A stretch of 64,000 bases of DNA, from assembly GCA_020624805.1 (NCBI GenBank), contig JAHKVW010000017.1:6185-70184 (forward strand), written 5' to 3'. Shown piece by piece: positions 52,320 through 62,312 of the stretch. This DNA comes from a bacterium. GTDB taxonomy: Bacteria; Bacillota; Clostridia; Oscillospirales; Acutalibacteraceae. Numbering within the stretch: the first letter of the stretch is position 1; the number at the start of each line of letters is the position of its first letter. The position numbers and the translations under genes were made by a program. The notes beneath the pieces were generated by a model. It was given only the letters and a program-made list of their open reading frames with translations. It was not told where the DNA came from and did not search any database.

Positions 52320-52603
52320 TGTTGTAATCGGCGGCATCATAAAGCGGTTTAGTCCTGCCTCGTTTCTAACCGCCTCGAATTGCACACGGTCAAATTCGGA
52401 TTGTGGAGTTCTTCCCGGACTCCCGGATATTCTATTGTATTTCTGTTTCTCATCTAGTTTTGAATGACAAACCGAGGGTCGTCTGAATTTCGATAATTGG
52501 CAATATCGGTTAATGAGATGAACTCAGTTTCAAAGTCAGTTGTGTAGATTCCGATAGCAATACCTTTAGCGCGAATAGTTTCTTTTACTGTTTTCTTTGG
52601 CAT
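52320..52603 (-). pseudogene. KilA-N domain protein remnant
   Basis: MPKKTVKETIRAKGIAIGIYTTDFETEFISLTDIANYRNSDDPRFVIQN*MRNRNTIEY...HNPN, then a frameshift to DRVQFEAVRNEAGLNRF; truncated. Confidence 0.75.
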
Positions 52604-52777
52604 AAATCCCACCTCATTATGGAGGAAACAAAGAATATTCCGATTACGGCATATAATTAACTCGCCTGTTCACAATGAGCAGGCGGTTCTTTATGTTGCT
52701 ATATTATCTTGTAAATGTAAAGATTCTGCCATCGATTATCGACAAACACAAAAAATAATGTTCCCTCCGTGTGAATG

Positions 52778-53398
52778 CTATTTTTTCGTTAGTATGCGCA
52801 TTTTTATGAATTGATAAACAGCCTCGTACAAAGCCCGGTGACCGCTTTCTGTCAAATGCTCCCCGTCGATCCTGCTCGCCTTGGCAACCTCCGACGCCGC
52901 CAGAAAGCCGACGCCGTAAAGCTTAGCCGGCTGTTGATACGCTTGGCTGAGCTCTCTGCTGACCGCAAGAGAGCGATCGTTATAGGAAGTCCCGAGAGCG
53001 ACTTCTTCCAGACAAATCGGAGAGATGAGCAAGATGTTTTCCGCCTTCACATATTCCGAGATTTCGGCAAGGCAAAGCGCCATCCCCGCCGCGATTTCTT
53101 GTGATGACGCGCCGAACACCTGTTTGCAGTCGTTGGTACCCAGCATGATGATCGCCGCGTCGAGCGGCTCGCTCCTTCTCAGTACGGAGGGCAGGGCGGC
53201 AAGACCGTTCCTTCCGACGCGGTCGGTATCTTCAAAAACGGTCGTCCTTCCGCACAGCCCTTCCTCGAGGATCAGCGCTTGTCCCCTGAGCGCTTTTTGC
53301 AGCAAGCCTGTCCAGCGGATAGTTTCGTCATAACGTTGTCCTGTCGCGGGATCATAACCCCATGTGTTGGAATCGCCAAAGGCGAGGATTCTTTTCAT
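52778..53398 (-). CDS. SGNH/GDSL hydrolase
   Basis: FGDSNTWG, EEGLCGRTT, MLGTND, DGEHL. Confidence 0.92.
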   Translation of the reverse strand: MKRILAFGDSNTWGYDPATGQRYDETIRWTGLLQKALRGQALILEEGLCGRTTVFEDTDRVGRNGLAALPSVLRRSEPLDAAIIMLGTNDCKQVFGASSQEIAAGMALCLAEISEYVKAENILLISPICLEEVALGTSYNDRSLAVSRELSQAYQQPAKLYGVGFLAASEVAKASRIDGEHLTESGHRALYEAVYQFIKMRILTKK

Positions 53399-53407
53399 TT
53401 CGCTTCC

Positions 53408-54628
53408 TCACTTTATCACATCATCATATTTTTCGGAAAAATCCTTGATCACCCTTTCGGCGTATCGTCTGCCGGGGGGGTTCAGCTTGTCGTGCTGGTA
53501 TTGCAGCAAAGCGGCCGCCCTTTGATCCTCGCCGTAGTAGGTCAGCATTTCATCGAGAACACGATTGCCTGCTTCTCTGACGGTCAGGCGTTCCCCCTGC
53601 GGGGTGAGCACGGTCGCGCTGTCGATGTCCAACAGCGCGGCTGTTTTGAAATTCCCGACCGCACGGCGTTGGTTTTCTTCGGATAAGGCGTCGGCGTATG
53701 TATGATAAACCCAAAGGCACAGCAGTTCAATAAATTCCAGATCGCGCACATCGACCCCTGATTCGGCAAACGGATTGACGTCGATGTTGCGCAGCTCAAT
53801 ATGATTCACGCCGTATTGCGTGAGGAGCTCCAGCCGGTTTTCTCCCCTGGGCTTGAGACGGATCGGGTAATACAGCTCGCTGACGCCGGCAAGCACATCG
53901 TCATCGAGGTACTTCTGGATGCTTTGCGCGTAAGCTTGTACGCTGTCGTAGCAAAGGATCGGCGTAAAATCATTCCAGTAGCCGTCCTTGCCGCAGCGCA
54001 GCGAGGCATAGTCTGTCACAATCGTCTCACCAGATCGTGCGGGATCAAAGTAGGAGCCGTCACAGATCGGGGAGGCAGACAAAAGGAGGTTGAGTAAAAA
54101 GCCGTATTCCGTCATTCCCTGCGCCAAGCGAAGATAAGCGGCGTTTTTATATTCGGAATACTCCATTGCGGCGGAGGAAGCAAACTGCGCCCGGAGCAGC
54201 TCTTCGGGCAGGGAATAATTGACATGGATACCCGAAAGCGTCATGATGTATTTTCCGTATTTTTCGGCAAGGTATAAGCGGTAATCATACTTGCTTTTCT
54301 GTTCGCCGTGAAAGACGGCTACGGGGATATCGTCAGCGTTTTTTATTTTCGGAGGGTTGGAATACAGCCAGAGCCGTTCTCCGCGCCCACGGATCGCCGC
54401 GCATAAGCGCTCCGACTGCTCAAGAAGCTCATCGACCGCGCCCTGTGCCGCAGCATGGACGCCGGTGTTGATCTCCGCCTGATTCTCGCAAAAATCCTTG
54501 ACGATATGCGCGTCCTCAGGGAAAGGATGCGGCGTATGCGCCATCCTTCCGTCAGAGGTGACGCGGAGCGTTTCGCGTTCAATCCCGAAGGTACCGCCCG
54601 ATGATGGAATATGGGTTGCGTTGTTCAT
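53408..54628 (-). CDS. glutamate--cysteine ligase (GshA)-like protein
   Basis: GIERETLRV, DFCENQAEI, SGIHVNYS, SELYYPIRLKP, HIELRNIDVNP. Confidence 0.8.
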   Translation of the reverse strand: MNNATHIPSSGGTFGIERETLRVTSDGRMAHTPHPFPEDAHIVKDFCENQAEINTGVHAAAQGAVDELLEQSERLCAAIRGRGERLWLYSNPPKIKNADDIPVAVFHGEQKSKYDYRLYLAEKYGKYIMTLSGIHVNYSLPEELLRAQFASSAAMEYSEYKNAAYLRLAQGMTEYGFLLNLLLSASPICDGSYFDPARSGETIVTDYASLRCGKDGYWNDFTPILCYDSVQAYAQSIQKYLDDDVLAGVSELYYPIRLKPRGENRLELLTQYGVNHIELRNIDVNPFAESGVDVRDLEFIELLCLWVYHTYADALSEENQRRAVGNFKTAALLDIDSATVLTPQGERLTVREAGNRVLDEMLTYYGEDQRAAALLQYQHDKLNPPGRRYAERVIKDFSEKYDDVIK

Positions 54629-54644
54629 GATCGTCGTCCTTTCC

Positions 54645-56021
54645 CTACAGCGCGGCATATTCTCGGATCACGCTGTCGAGGTCGCCGCCGTGCCGCAGCA
54701 GGCGCAGCGACGGAGAGGTCAGCGTTTTAGCGCGTTCAAATAAGGGCTCCAAATAGAGTTCCTCCGCATAGCCGCGTTCGCGTAAGCCCTCGGCACACAG
54801 TGTCAGCACGTTGAGAAGCAAGACCTTTAATGCTTCCGGCTCGACAGCGGACAGATAATCCACGCGGTTCATTTTGCGGCGCAGCAGATCGGGATCTCCG
54901 CCCTCACGATACAGGAAGGAGCGTGACAGCAGCTCCGTCAACGCTTCGATCCGGTTCATCAGTCCGAGGTGGAACGCCGCCACAGTCATCGCCTGATGCA
55001 GCGGCTGGGTACAGGCGGAGCGGAATTCCAGCGTGCCGCGCGCGGTCAGGTCGATCTGCTTGTAGGTTCTGAGATACGCGACGTCCTCCGCCTCGGGAGA
55101 AAAGCGGAAGGGATGATATGCGCCGTCATAATACTCTCCCTCGATCCTGTCGCGATTCAGATATTCATCAAAGGGGATAGGGTAGAAGAACAGGTATTTA
55201 CCGTCCCGTTCGGCACAGAAGATGCTCGCCTTGCTCAGATAGTCCGTGATCTCACCGATCGATTTCGGAAAAGGCTTAAAGAACCCGACATTTCTCGGAT
55301 TGATCCCGTGAGCCGACCGCTCCCAAAAGTAATCCCGTACACACAGCAGCTCCGGCAGCTCGGGCAGCGTAGAGTTGGCGAACAGCACCGACTTCAGCGG
55401 CTCGACCAGCGAAAATGCCTCGATGGCTTGACAGACATTTTCTTCATTCACATCAAGCTGTACCTGAGAGGCGCTCGAGAATGTACCGAAGCCGTAGTAG
55501 GGATGAAAGTCGCTGCCTGCCGGGGAGATGCTTCGCCACACCTCCGCCTTTTTTAAGTAGCCCGCCAGCATCCTGTAGCGCGGCGAGGGTACGAAGTTGA
55601 AGTCGTTGATCAGGTAGTTCGGATTAACGCCCAACCCTGTCAGCGTATGCTGATTTTGATACAGCTCGGCGTTGATGAAGCTCACATAATCTCTGAACCG
55701 CGCCTGTGCTTCGTGAAGTGTACGAACGCGCCCGAGGGCGATCTCGAAGTTGTTGTAGGAGCAGTCAAAGGAAAATATATCGCAGGTATCGGGGCAGACG
55801 GCTTCATGACAGACGCCGTCGTCATCGAACTTTTGCGGCGTGAAGCCAAAGTGCTCGATCGCCTTTTTCATGGCGGCGATACCGGCCGTCTTATCGGTCT
55901 TTTCGCCGTTCAAATTGACGATGGGCATTTCAATTTCAATGCCGATGTAATTGGCGCGGGGCTTTTGCAGGGGCGCGATAAAGCGATCGAAGATCAGTTC
56001 TTTTGCAGTTTTCATATTCAT
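54645..56021 (-). CDS. GCS2-family carboxylate-amine ligase (EgtA-like)
   Basis: IGIEIEMP, SASQVQL, LFANS, RGTLEFRSAC. Confidence 0.75.
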   Translation of the reverse strand: MNMKTAKELIFDRFIAPLQKPRANYIGIEIEMPIVNLNGEKTDKTAGIAAMKKAIEHFGFTPQKFDDDGVCHEAVCPDTCDIFSFDCSYNNFEIALGRVRTLHEAQARFRDYVSFINAELYQNQHTLTGLGVNPNYLINDFNFVPSPRYRMLAGYLKKAEVWRSISPAGSDFHPYYGFGTFSSASQVQLDVNEENVCQAIEAFSLVEPLKSVLFANSTLPELPELLCVRDYFWERSAHGINPRNVGFFKPFPKSIGEITDYLSKASIFCAERDGKYLFFYPIPFDEYLNRDRIEGEYYDGAYHPFRFSPEAEDVAYLRTYKQIDLTARGTLEFRSACTQPLHQAMTVAAFHLGLMNRIEALTELLSRSFLYREGGDPDLLRRKMNRVDYLSAVEPEALKVLLLNVLTLCAEGLRERGYAEELYLEPLFERAKTLTSPSLRLLRHGGDLDSVIREYAAL

Positions 56022-56045
56022 TCTCCCTTTTGTCCGGATATGAGT

Positions 56046-56819
56046 CTACAGTCCTGAGTAAGCCATAAACAGCGGCTTGTAGCTCTCGGCGTTGAAGAAA
56101 TACTCGTTGTGATGAACATATCCCGTGAACGCAAGCTCCCCCGCGCGCCAGCCTGTCAGCGTTGTGAACGGAGCAGGCTCCCAGTTGCCTTCTGACAGCG
56201 GTTGTGTCGAAAAGGTCACACCGGCATTGTCCCGACGCAGATACAGCGAACCGCGAAAGTTGGTATGCGCATACAGCAGCTCTCCATCGTCAATAAGCAG
56301 ATTCAGCTTGTTCTTCGGTGAGCTGTCGCTGACAAACCGATCCAATATGCTGAACCGTTCCTGCGCGTTCAGCGAACGTCCGCGTTTTTCGGTCAATTCA
56401 TTCACACAGTCGAGGAGGTGCAAAAGGATCCGTTCGCTGTCGGTCTCGCCTTTTTGTACATAGATATATTTGTTCAGCCTGTCGTTTTCAAAGACTGTAC
56501 CGTTATGGATCAGCGTCCAGCGTCTGCCGCTGTGATCCGTCCCGAAAAAGGGGTGGCAGTTCTCGTACTCCACATGACCGATCGTCGCCAAACGGATATG
56601 CGCCAGGGCGTGTTTTGCGATGATCGGCTCATTCAACAGACCTTTGAGCGTGTCGCTTTGATCGGCGCGAACAGCCTCACGGCAGAGGCGTATGTTATCC
56701 GGATCAAGAAGCGCCAGCCCCCAGCCGTTGGGGTGTTCCTCGGCGTGAGAATAGAATTCACGCAGATCGGTATTCAGTTCTCTTTTTCGGCAGCCCGAGA
56801 AGCCGTATATTTCACACAT
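56046..56819 (-). CDS. class II glutamine amidotransferase / Ntn hydrolase (EgtC/YafJ-like)
   Basis: N-terminal MCE (Cys nucleophile), HPNGWG, AHIRLAT, NCHPF, HNG, GETDSE. Confidence 0.88.
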   Translation of the reverse strand: MCEIYGFSGCRKRELNTDLREFYSHAEEHPNGWGLALLDPDNIRLCREAVRADQSDTLKGLLNEPIIAKHALAHIRLATIGHVEYENCHPFFGTDHSGRRWTLIHNGTVFENDRLNKYIYVQKGETDSERILLHLLDCVNELTEKRGRSLNAQERFSILDRFVSDSSPKNKLNLLIDDGELLYAHTNFRGSLYLRRDNAGVTFSTQPLSEGNWEPAPFTTLTGWRAGELAFTGYVHHNEYFFNAESYKPLFMAYSGL

Positions 56820-56971
56820 CTGTTATCACCGCAGTCACTTAACCCTATTAACATAGTAGGTTGATTATATAATATACATCACATTTTGTCAAGTGCCTGA
56901 TCTGAATCTCGGATGAAAAGCGGATAATCGGTAAGGATGGCTTTTGCCCTCGGCGTTCGTTACGTGCTTTT

Positions 56972-57171
56972 GCGCAATTAAAAATCCACCGACTTAGCCG
57001 GTGGATTTTTAATTGCGCCTTAAAGGCTATTGTATTAGCCGCGCCTCAAGGCGCATTGCGGTCCGACACTTGCGTTTGTTACTTGCTACCTGTAAACGGG
57101 TCGTCCCACCCTCGTATCGTCGTTTGATCGTTGATTTGATCTTTTTTGAGTTGGTTTTGGATATACTCTGC
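56972..57171 (-). mobile_element. IS200/IS605-family remnant: TnpA C-terminus plus terminal hairpin
   Basis: AEYIQNQLKKDQINDQTTIRGWDDPFTGSK* resembles Firmicute IS200 TnpA tails (recalled, not searched); perfect 20-bp inverted repeat at 56972-57018. Confidence 0.65.
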
Positions 57172-57321
57172 TACCAAGCATAGAGCCCAACGACATGGGT
57201 TGCGAAGATGAACAACATCCATAATTTGGCAACAGAAATCGCCAACAATGAAATCATCTATCAATAAGCACAGCCTGCTGATCAAATCGGTCAGCAGGCT
57301 GTTGTCAAATGAGCAATTCAA

Positions 57322-58608
57322 TTAATGCTTCGGAAAGGTACAGATGATTTGCAATTTATCGTCATCAACGATCTTCGCCTTGATGGTTCCGTTGTGCTTT
57401 TCGGTGATGGCGCGAGCTACGGACAGTCCGATTCCGAAGCCGCTGTTCTCTTCCTTGGAGCGGGATTCGTCACCGCGGTAGAAGCGGTCGAACAGGTGCG
57501 TCAGCGCCTCCTCGCTCAAAGGCTCTTTCATGGTGTTTTCTGTTTGGAAAATAATGTTCTTTCCCGATTGACGGAGCGATACATGGATATCGCAGTCCTC
57601 GGGTGCGTATTTGACGGCATTGTCGCACAGGATACCGATGAGCCTTCTGACAGCAGCCTCGTCGCCGTTGAATATCAGTTTATCTTCCGCGTTGACGATC
57701 AGGTTTTTGCCGTTGAATTCTGCCATGCCGACGAACGGATCGACGGTATCACGCACGGCGTTTGAAAGGTTGAATTCATGCATTTCCAAAGCGGAATCCG
57801 CTTCATCCATGCGCGAGAGGTAGACCAGCTCGTTCACAAGCTTGCGCATATTGGCCGCCTGTTTTTGAGTGCTCTGTATCCACTCGTTTGGCCCGATATC
57901 CATCGACAGCACATCCATGTTAGTGGAGATGACCGTCAGCGGTGTTTTCAGCTCATGTCCCGCGTCGGTGATGAATCGCTTTTGCCGTTCGATGTTATCC
58001 ATCATCGGCTGTATCGCTCTTTTGCTGAGCAGCGATACCAACAGCAACGACAGCAAAATACCGACCGCGCAGGCGATCAGCGAGATCACGGCGAGCGACA
58101 CGATCTCTGAACGCTTGGATTCGATGTTGAGGAACATTGCGGACTTTGAACCATCAGTATTCTGTGTCACCTGATACAGATAGTTGTCGACATAACCCGA
58201 GGCTTTGCCCGAAGCAAAAATGTTTTCCGCGATCAACAAAAGATCCTCTTTCGCGTACTCGGTTTCCTTAGTGCCTGTACCGAGAAAGGCTTCACCGTCC
58301 GCACTTTGGATCGCGATAAAATACCGTGATTCTTCAAGTTTGGTATTCATGCGGTGATCGCTGCCCTTGTGACGATACAGCTGTGCACTGTCGTCGGTCG
58401 AGAGAGCCTCTTCTTTTTCAATATCAAATTTCCCCTGCTTTTTCTGTGTATTGTTGTTCTCGCTTTCGACAAGGTAGTTCAGCGTTTCTTTTAATTCACT
58501 TGTCGTGTTGACATAATGAACAGCATTGATGACGCCTGCCACTAACAGCATAGCAAGCGCCAGCGCGAGTAACGCAATCTTGATAAAGCGTTGTCTGATC
58601 TGTTTCAT
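57322..58608 (-). CDS. sensor histidine kinase
   Basis: 2 TM; FITDAGHELKTPL; DNAVKY; FDRFYRGD; GFGIGLS. Confidence 0.94.
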   Translation of the reverse strand: MKQIRQRFIKIALLALALAMLLVAGVINAVHYVNTTSELKETLNYLVESENNNTQKKQGKFDIEKEEALSTDDSAQLYRHKGSDHRMNTKLEESRYFIAIQSADGEAFLGTGTKETEYAKEDLLLIAENIFASGKASGYVDNYLYQVTQNTDGSKSAMFLNIESKRSEIVSLAVISLIACAVGILLSLLLVSLLSKRAIQPMMDNIERQKRFITDAGHELKTPLTVISTNMDVLSMDIGPNEWIQSTQKQAANMRKLVNELVYLSRMDEADSALEMHEFNLSNAVRDTVDPFVGMAEFNGKNLIVNAEDKLIFNGDEAAVRRLIGILCDNAVKYAPEDCDIHVSLRQSGKNIIFQTENTMKEPLSEEALTHLFDRFYRGDESRSKEENSGFGIGLSVARAITEKHNGTIKAKIVDDDKLQIICTFPKH

Positions 58609-59282
58609 AACGTACTCTCCAAAGAATAACCGACTCCGCGGACTGCCTTGATCTTAACATGCGCGCCCAGCTCCGATAGCTTCTTGCGTAAAAAAGAGAT
58701 GTTCACCCATACGACGTTGACCTCTGCGTCGCTGTCCCAGCCCCAGACGCGTTCCATGATCTGCGAGATGCTCAGCACCGCTCCGGGATGTTCAACGAGC
58801 ATTTCCATCAGCTGAAACGCCTTGTTGGTCAGACTGACACTTTTGTGATCACAGCGGATGGCCATCGCCGATTTGTCCAGTTCGATGTCGGCGAATTTGA
58901 TTACATCATGTTTATAATCCTCCTTACGCCGCAGCATGGCGCGAATACGGGCGAGCAGCTCTGAGGCGGCGAAGGGCTTGGGCAGATAATCGTCTGCACC
59001 GGTATCCAGCCCCTCCACTCTGTCCTCGATCGCGTCTCGGGCGGTGAGCATGAGTACGGGCGTTGTGATCCCATTGGAGCGCATTTGCGCGAGCACCTCG
59101 ATACCGCTGAGCCCCGGCATCATCCAGTCGAGGATCACGCCGTCGTAGCCGCCCTGTTCGATATAGTCGATCGCGTCCCGACCGTTATAGACCGTGTCAA
59201 CGGAATAGCCCGAACGCGTGAGAAGTGTTTGCACCGCTTTGGAGATATCGCGGTCATCTTCCGCAAAGAGTATACGCATCAT
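58605..59282 (-). CDS. OmpR-family response regulator
   Basis: ILFAEDD, ILDWMMP, GADDYLPKPF, VRGVGYSL. Confidence 0.95.
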   Translation of the reverse strand: MMRILFAEDDRDISKAVQTLLTRSGYSVDTVYNGRDAIDYIEQGGYDGVILDWMMPGLSGIEVLAQMRSNGITTPVLMLTARDAIEDRVEGLDTGADDYLPKPFAASELLARIRAMLRRKEDYKHDVIKFADIELDKSAMAIRCDHKSVSLTNKAFQLMEMLVEHPGAVLSISQIMERVWGWDSDAEVNVVWVNISFLRKKLSELGAHVKIKAVRGVGYSLESTL

Positions 59283-59302
59283 AAACACCTCCGGTGTTTT
59301 TT

Positions 59303-59337
59303 AGTGGTTAGTGGTCAGTGGTTAGTAGTTAGTGGTT
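59303..59337. repeat. heptamer tandem repeat AGTRGTY x5
   Basis: AGTGGTT AGTGGTC AGTGGTT AGTAGTT AGTGGTT. Confidence 0.85.
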
Positions 59338-59997
59338 TTAATTATACCAAAACAGCGATACGACTGCAAGGATCAAAAACAGGATATATACCGTTAACTG
59401 CACATACGGCATCGCCTTGCCGAGCTGTTTGTTGATCTTGCCGCTGAGCGCTCCCGATAAGCCGAAAACAACCAGCATGGGCGTCAGGGAGCTTGCCAGT
59501 GCAAACGCGGCGCCGAGCAGAACAGCCGCAGGCAGCGACAACAGCATCGCGTAACCGGCTACCATCGTCAGCGGAACACACGGATAAGCGCCGTAGGCCA
59601 GCCCGACAGAGAAGGATGGGATCAGGCGAGTCTTGTGCTTTGCAGAGCACTTGCCGCCGCATTTTTTGCAGTCGGGTTTGCGATTGCGAAACCACCGATA
59701 GATCAAAAACAGTGCCGATACGATCATCACCCAAGACACCAGATGATGCAGGTTGAAGCCGCCGACCATGCCGTTATCGTCGATGAATACCTTGCCGATC
59801 GCAGATGTCAGCGCGCAGATCGCACAGACCGCGAGGATCTTGCCGAGAAAGTAACTGCCGACATGTTTCATCGAGCTTTTGAAGCCGCCGCCCTCGGTAA
59901 GTATGTAGACAGCCAGAAAGGATGACGCCGACGAGCCGCAGCAGGTACCGCAGCCCAAGCCCACCGATACCGACGCCGCCAATGCTTCCATCAACAT
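59338..59997 (-). CDS. Cys-containing multi-pass membrane protein (TauE/DsbD_2-like)
   Basis: GLGCGTCCG, YGAYPCVPL, about 6 TM helices, internal CKKCGGKC. Confidence 0.65.
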   Translation of the reverse strand: MLMEALAASVSVGLGCGTCCGSSASSFLAVYILTEGGGFKSSMKHVGSYFLGKILAVCAICALTSAIGKVFIDDNGMVGGFNLHHLVSWVMIVSALFLIYRWFRNRKPDCKKCGGKCSAKHKTRLIPSFSVGLAYGAYPCVPLTMVAGYAMLLSLPAAVLLGAAFALASSLTPMLVVFGLSGALSGKINKQLGKAMPYVQLTVYILFLILAVVSLFWYN

Positions 59998-60001
59998 ACG
60001 C

Positions 60002-60781
60002 TCAACCCCTTTCGCTTGCGAGCAGCGCCGCACCGATCGCTCCGTTGAACTGCGGATGATTCGCGACAAAGATATCGCGCATCAGCTCATCCTCAAACGC
60101 CTTGCGCAGTCCGATATTCAATGCGCCGCCGCCCGTCATCAGAACGTCGCCGTTCTTCTCGCTCTTTTTCATCATCTTGATGATGCGCTTCGCCATCGAC
60201 AGGTGCATGCCGGAGAGGATGTCGCGGCGGTCGAATTTGCGCGCGATCAGAGAAATGACCTCCGACTGCGCAAACACCACGCAGGTGCTGTTGATATCGC
60301 AGGGCGCGGTGCTTTCCAGCGAAAGCGGCCCGACTTGGTCGATGGTGGTTTCCAAAATCTGCGCGATGACCTCCATAAACTTGCCGGTTCCCGCCGCGCA
60401 TTTATCATTCATGCTGAAATTCTTAACGGAATAGTTGGCGTCCAGATAGATAATCTTGCTGTCCTGACCGCCGATATCGACGATCATGCCGGGACGATAA
60501 TCGCGCGGAGCCGTCACGCGCACACCATAGGCGTGAGCGGTGATCTCGCTGACGTCGTCGTCCGCTACCTCCAGTATCTTGCGGCTGTAGCCTGTTGCCA
60601 TCGTATAGTCGACGCGGGAAACACCGACCTCACCCATCAGCTTTGCAAGCAGCTTTTGTGCCGCGCCGTTGTTGTCGATACCGGTATTGGTAACGCCGGT
60701 GCGCAGCACCCTGCCGCGTTCGTCCAATAAAGCGGCTTTCAGATAGGTGGAGCCGCCGTCTAATCCTGCATATATTTTCAT
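60002..60781 (-). CDS. ATP-dependent [4Fe-4S] activase (HgdC/BcrAD family)
   Basis: GLDGGSTYLK, ATGYSR, DIGGQDSK, MNDKCAAGTG, STCVVFAQSE. Confidence 0.93.
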   Translation of the reverse strand: MKIYAGLDGGSTYLKAALLDERGRVLRTGVTNTGIDNNGAAQKLLAKLMGEVGVSRVDYTMATGYSRKILEVADDDVSEITAHAYGVRVTAPRDYRPGMIVDIGGQDSKIIYLDANYSVKNFSMNDKCAAGTGKFMEVIAQILETTIDQVGPLSLESTAPCDINSTCVVFAQSEVISLIARKFDRRDILSGMHLSMAKRIIKMMKKSEKNGDVLMTGGGALNIGLRKAFEDELMRDIFVANHPQFNGAIGAALLASERG

Positions 60782-60874
60782 GGTTGTTACTCCTTCTCGT
60801 TTTCAGAAAAATGCTGCGTTATAGCCCGCCGTTAATCAGGCTATTTAATTATTGTTAACTTTCCAGAAGGCGGA

Positions 60875-62167
60875 TTACTTGTCGCCGCGGCGACCGTATT
60901 TGATCAGCTCTATAAACGCTTCCACGCGGATGCGGAGCTGTTCGACGTCCTCTTCGTTATAATCGCTCTCGACGCGGATAATAGGAATACCGAGCTTTCC
61001 GAGCTCTTCCTCCATCACCTGATACTCATAGTCATAGACGAGGCATCCGCGCAGAACGTGATAGATCACGCCCTGCACCTTGTAATCCTCCAGCATCTGC
61101 ATGATCCTGTAAAGACGACGTTTGTTATCCACAAAGGTCGGACAGGTGCAGGGACGGGTGCTTTTGTTCGCCAGTGCCCGCATGATCCCGTCGGTGCTTT
61201 GATCGACGATGGCGGGCGGATCATATGCGCCGCGCTCACCCATGCAGGTCTCGTCTGCCACCAACGCGCCGCCCCTTTCTTCGCTCAGCAGCGGCAGCTT
61301 GAAGTTAGGGAATACGATCGGTGAGCCTGTGATCAGGATGCGCGGACGATTTTCTTTGGAAGCCATCTCGCCGTGCTTTGCTTTTTGCTCTATTTCATCG
61401 CATAGGTCGTGCATATATTTCGTCCATAGCGTGATGTGGGTGTAGCTGATCGCGTTCATCGCCGCCATGTAGTGCGTTCCCTTGATGGCGAGCGGATATT
61501 TGCGTCTGAGCTCGATGAAGCGGGACAGCTCATACTGCGCCGCAGCGGTCATGCCGCAAGCCCATGACAGACGCTCATAGCTGAGTTCGATTCCTGTTAC
61601 TTCTGTCAGCTTTTGGCTGAACAGATACAGCTCTCTGACGTACTGCTCCATATCCTCGTCGCGGTCGCGTCCGGAGGGGACATGCAGTGTAACGGTCTTG
61701 CGGTGTTCGGCAAGGTAGCCGGCGAGCTTCTTTTTGCAGTCACAGGTGATCGGCACCGCCATCAACTGACACTCCTGATACACCGGCATCACGCCGATGC
61801 TCTCAAAGCCCATGATCGCCTTGACCAGCGGACAGGCGTCGCGCGGCGCGATATCGTCGCCGACGTTGAACGCGGTATAACTGCCGCCGCAGAGCTTGAC
61901 GGGCATCGCGCCCGCCGCGTAGATCAGCTCGGGCGGTACCATCACGCAGTAGGTGCCGACGGACGGGACGCCCTTGGGCTTCACCGCGCCCTGCATATCG
62001 ACGAAAACGTGTTTTAAAACATCCGTGAACGGCTTCAGCGCTTCCGGCTTATGCGGAAGATCTTCGATTTTTCTGAGATACTTGATCGCGGTCGCGGAAG
62101 ATTTATTGAGAAAACGCGCTTTCCTGCGCTCCTCCGGGGTACCCTGTCGGGTGTAAATCTCACTCAT
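60875..62167 (-). CDS. HgdAB-family protein, double-cubane-cluster reductase type
   Basis: GTYC, KLCGG, ACPLVK, ITCDCKKK, ETCMG, CTC, RGCLVY, RVESDY...QLRIRVEAFIE; ATG at 62167. Confidence 0.8.
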   Translation of the reverse strand: MSEIYTRQGTPEERRKARFLNKSSATAIKYLRKIEDLPHKPEALKPFTDVLKHVFVDMQGAVKPKGVPSVGTYCVMVPPELIYAAGAMPVKLCGGSYTAFNVGDDIAPRDACPLVKAIMGFESIGVMPVYQECQLMAVPITCDCKKKLAGYLAEHRKTVTLHVPSGRDRDEDMEQYVRELYLFSQKLTEVTGIELSYERLSWACGMTAAAQYELSRFIELRRKYPLAIKGTHYMAAMNAISYTHITLWTKYMHDLCDEIEQKAKHGEMASKENRPRILITGSPIVFPNFKLPLLSEERGGALVADETCMGERGAYDPPAIVDQSTDGIMRALANKSTRPCTCPTFVDNKRRLYRIMQMLEDYKVQGVIYHVLRGCLVYDYEYQVMEEELGKLGIPIIRVESDYNEEDVEQLRIRVEAFIELIKYGRRGDK

Positions 62168-62312
62168 TCTTATCACTCTTTTCTCGTCCTCATCGGCTGA
62201 ACTCGGTAGGCGTATCCGGTAGGTACGCCTTGACCTCGTATCGCCGTTCGTCCTCTCCCCAACACGCAGGCGTGTCGGGGACCCCATATTGACCTCGCAA
62301 CAACTGCGATAG

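Noticed and set aside
62208-62232. AAGGCGTA...TACGCCT hairpin resembling the ANTAR element
   Set aside because: No C-AAAGGC-G hexaloop stem and no U-tract.
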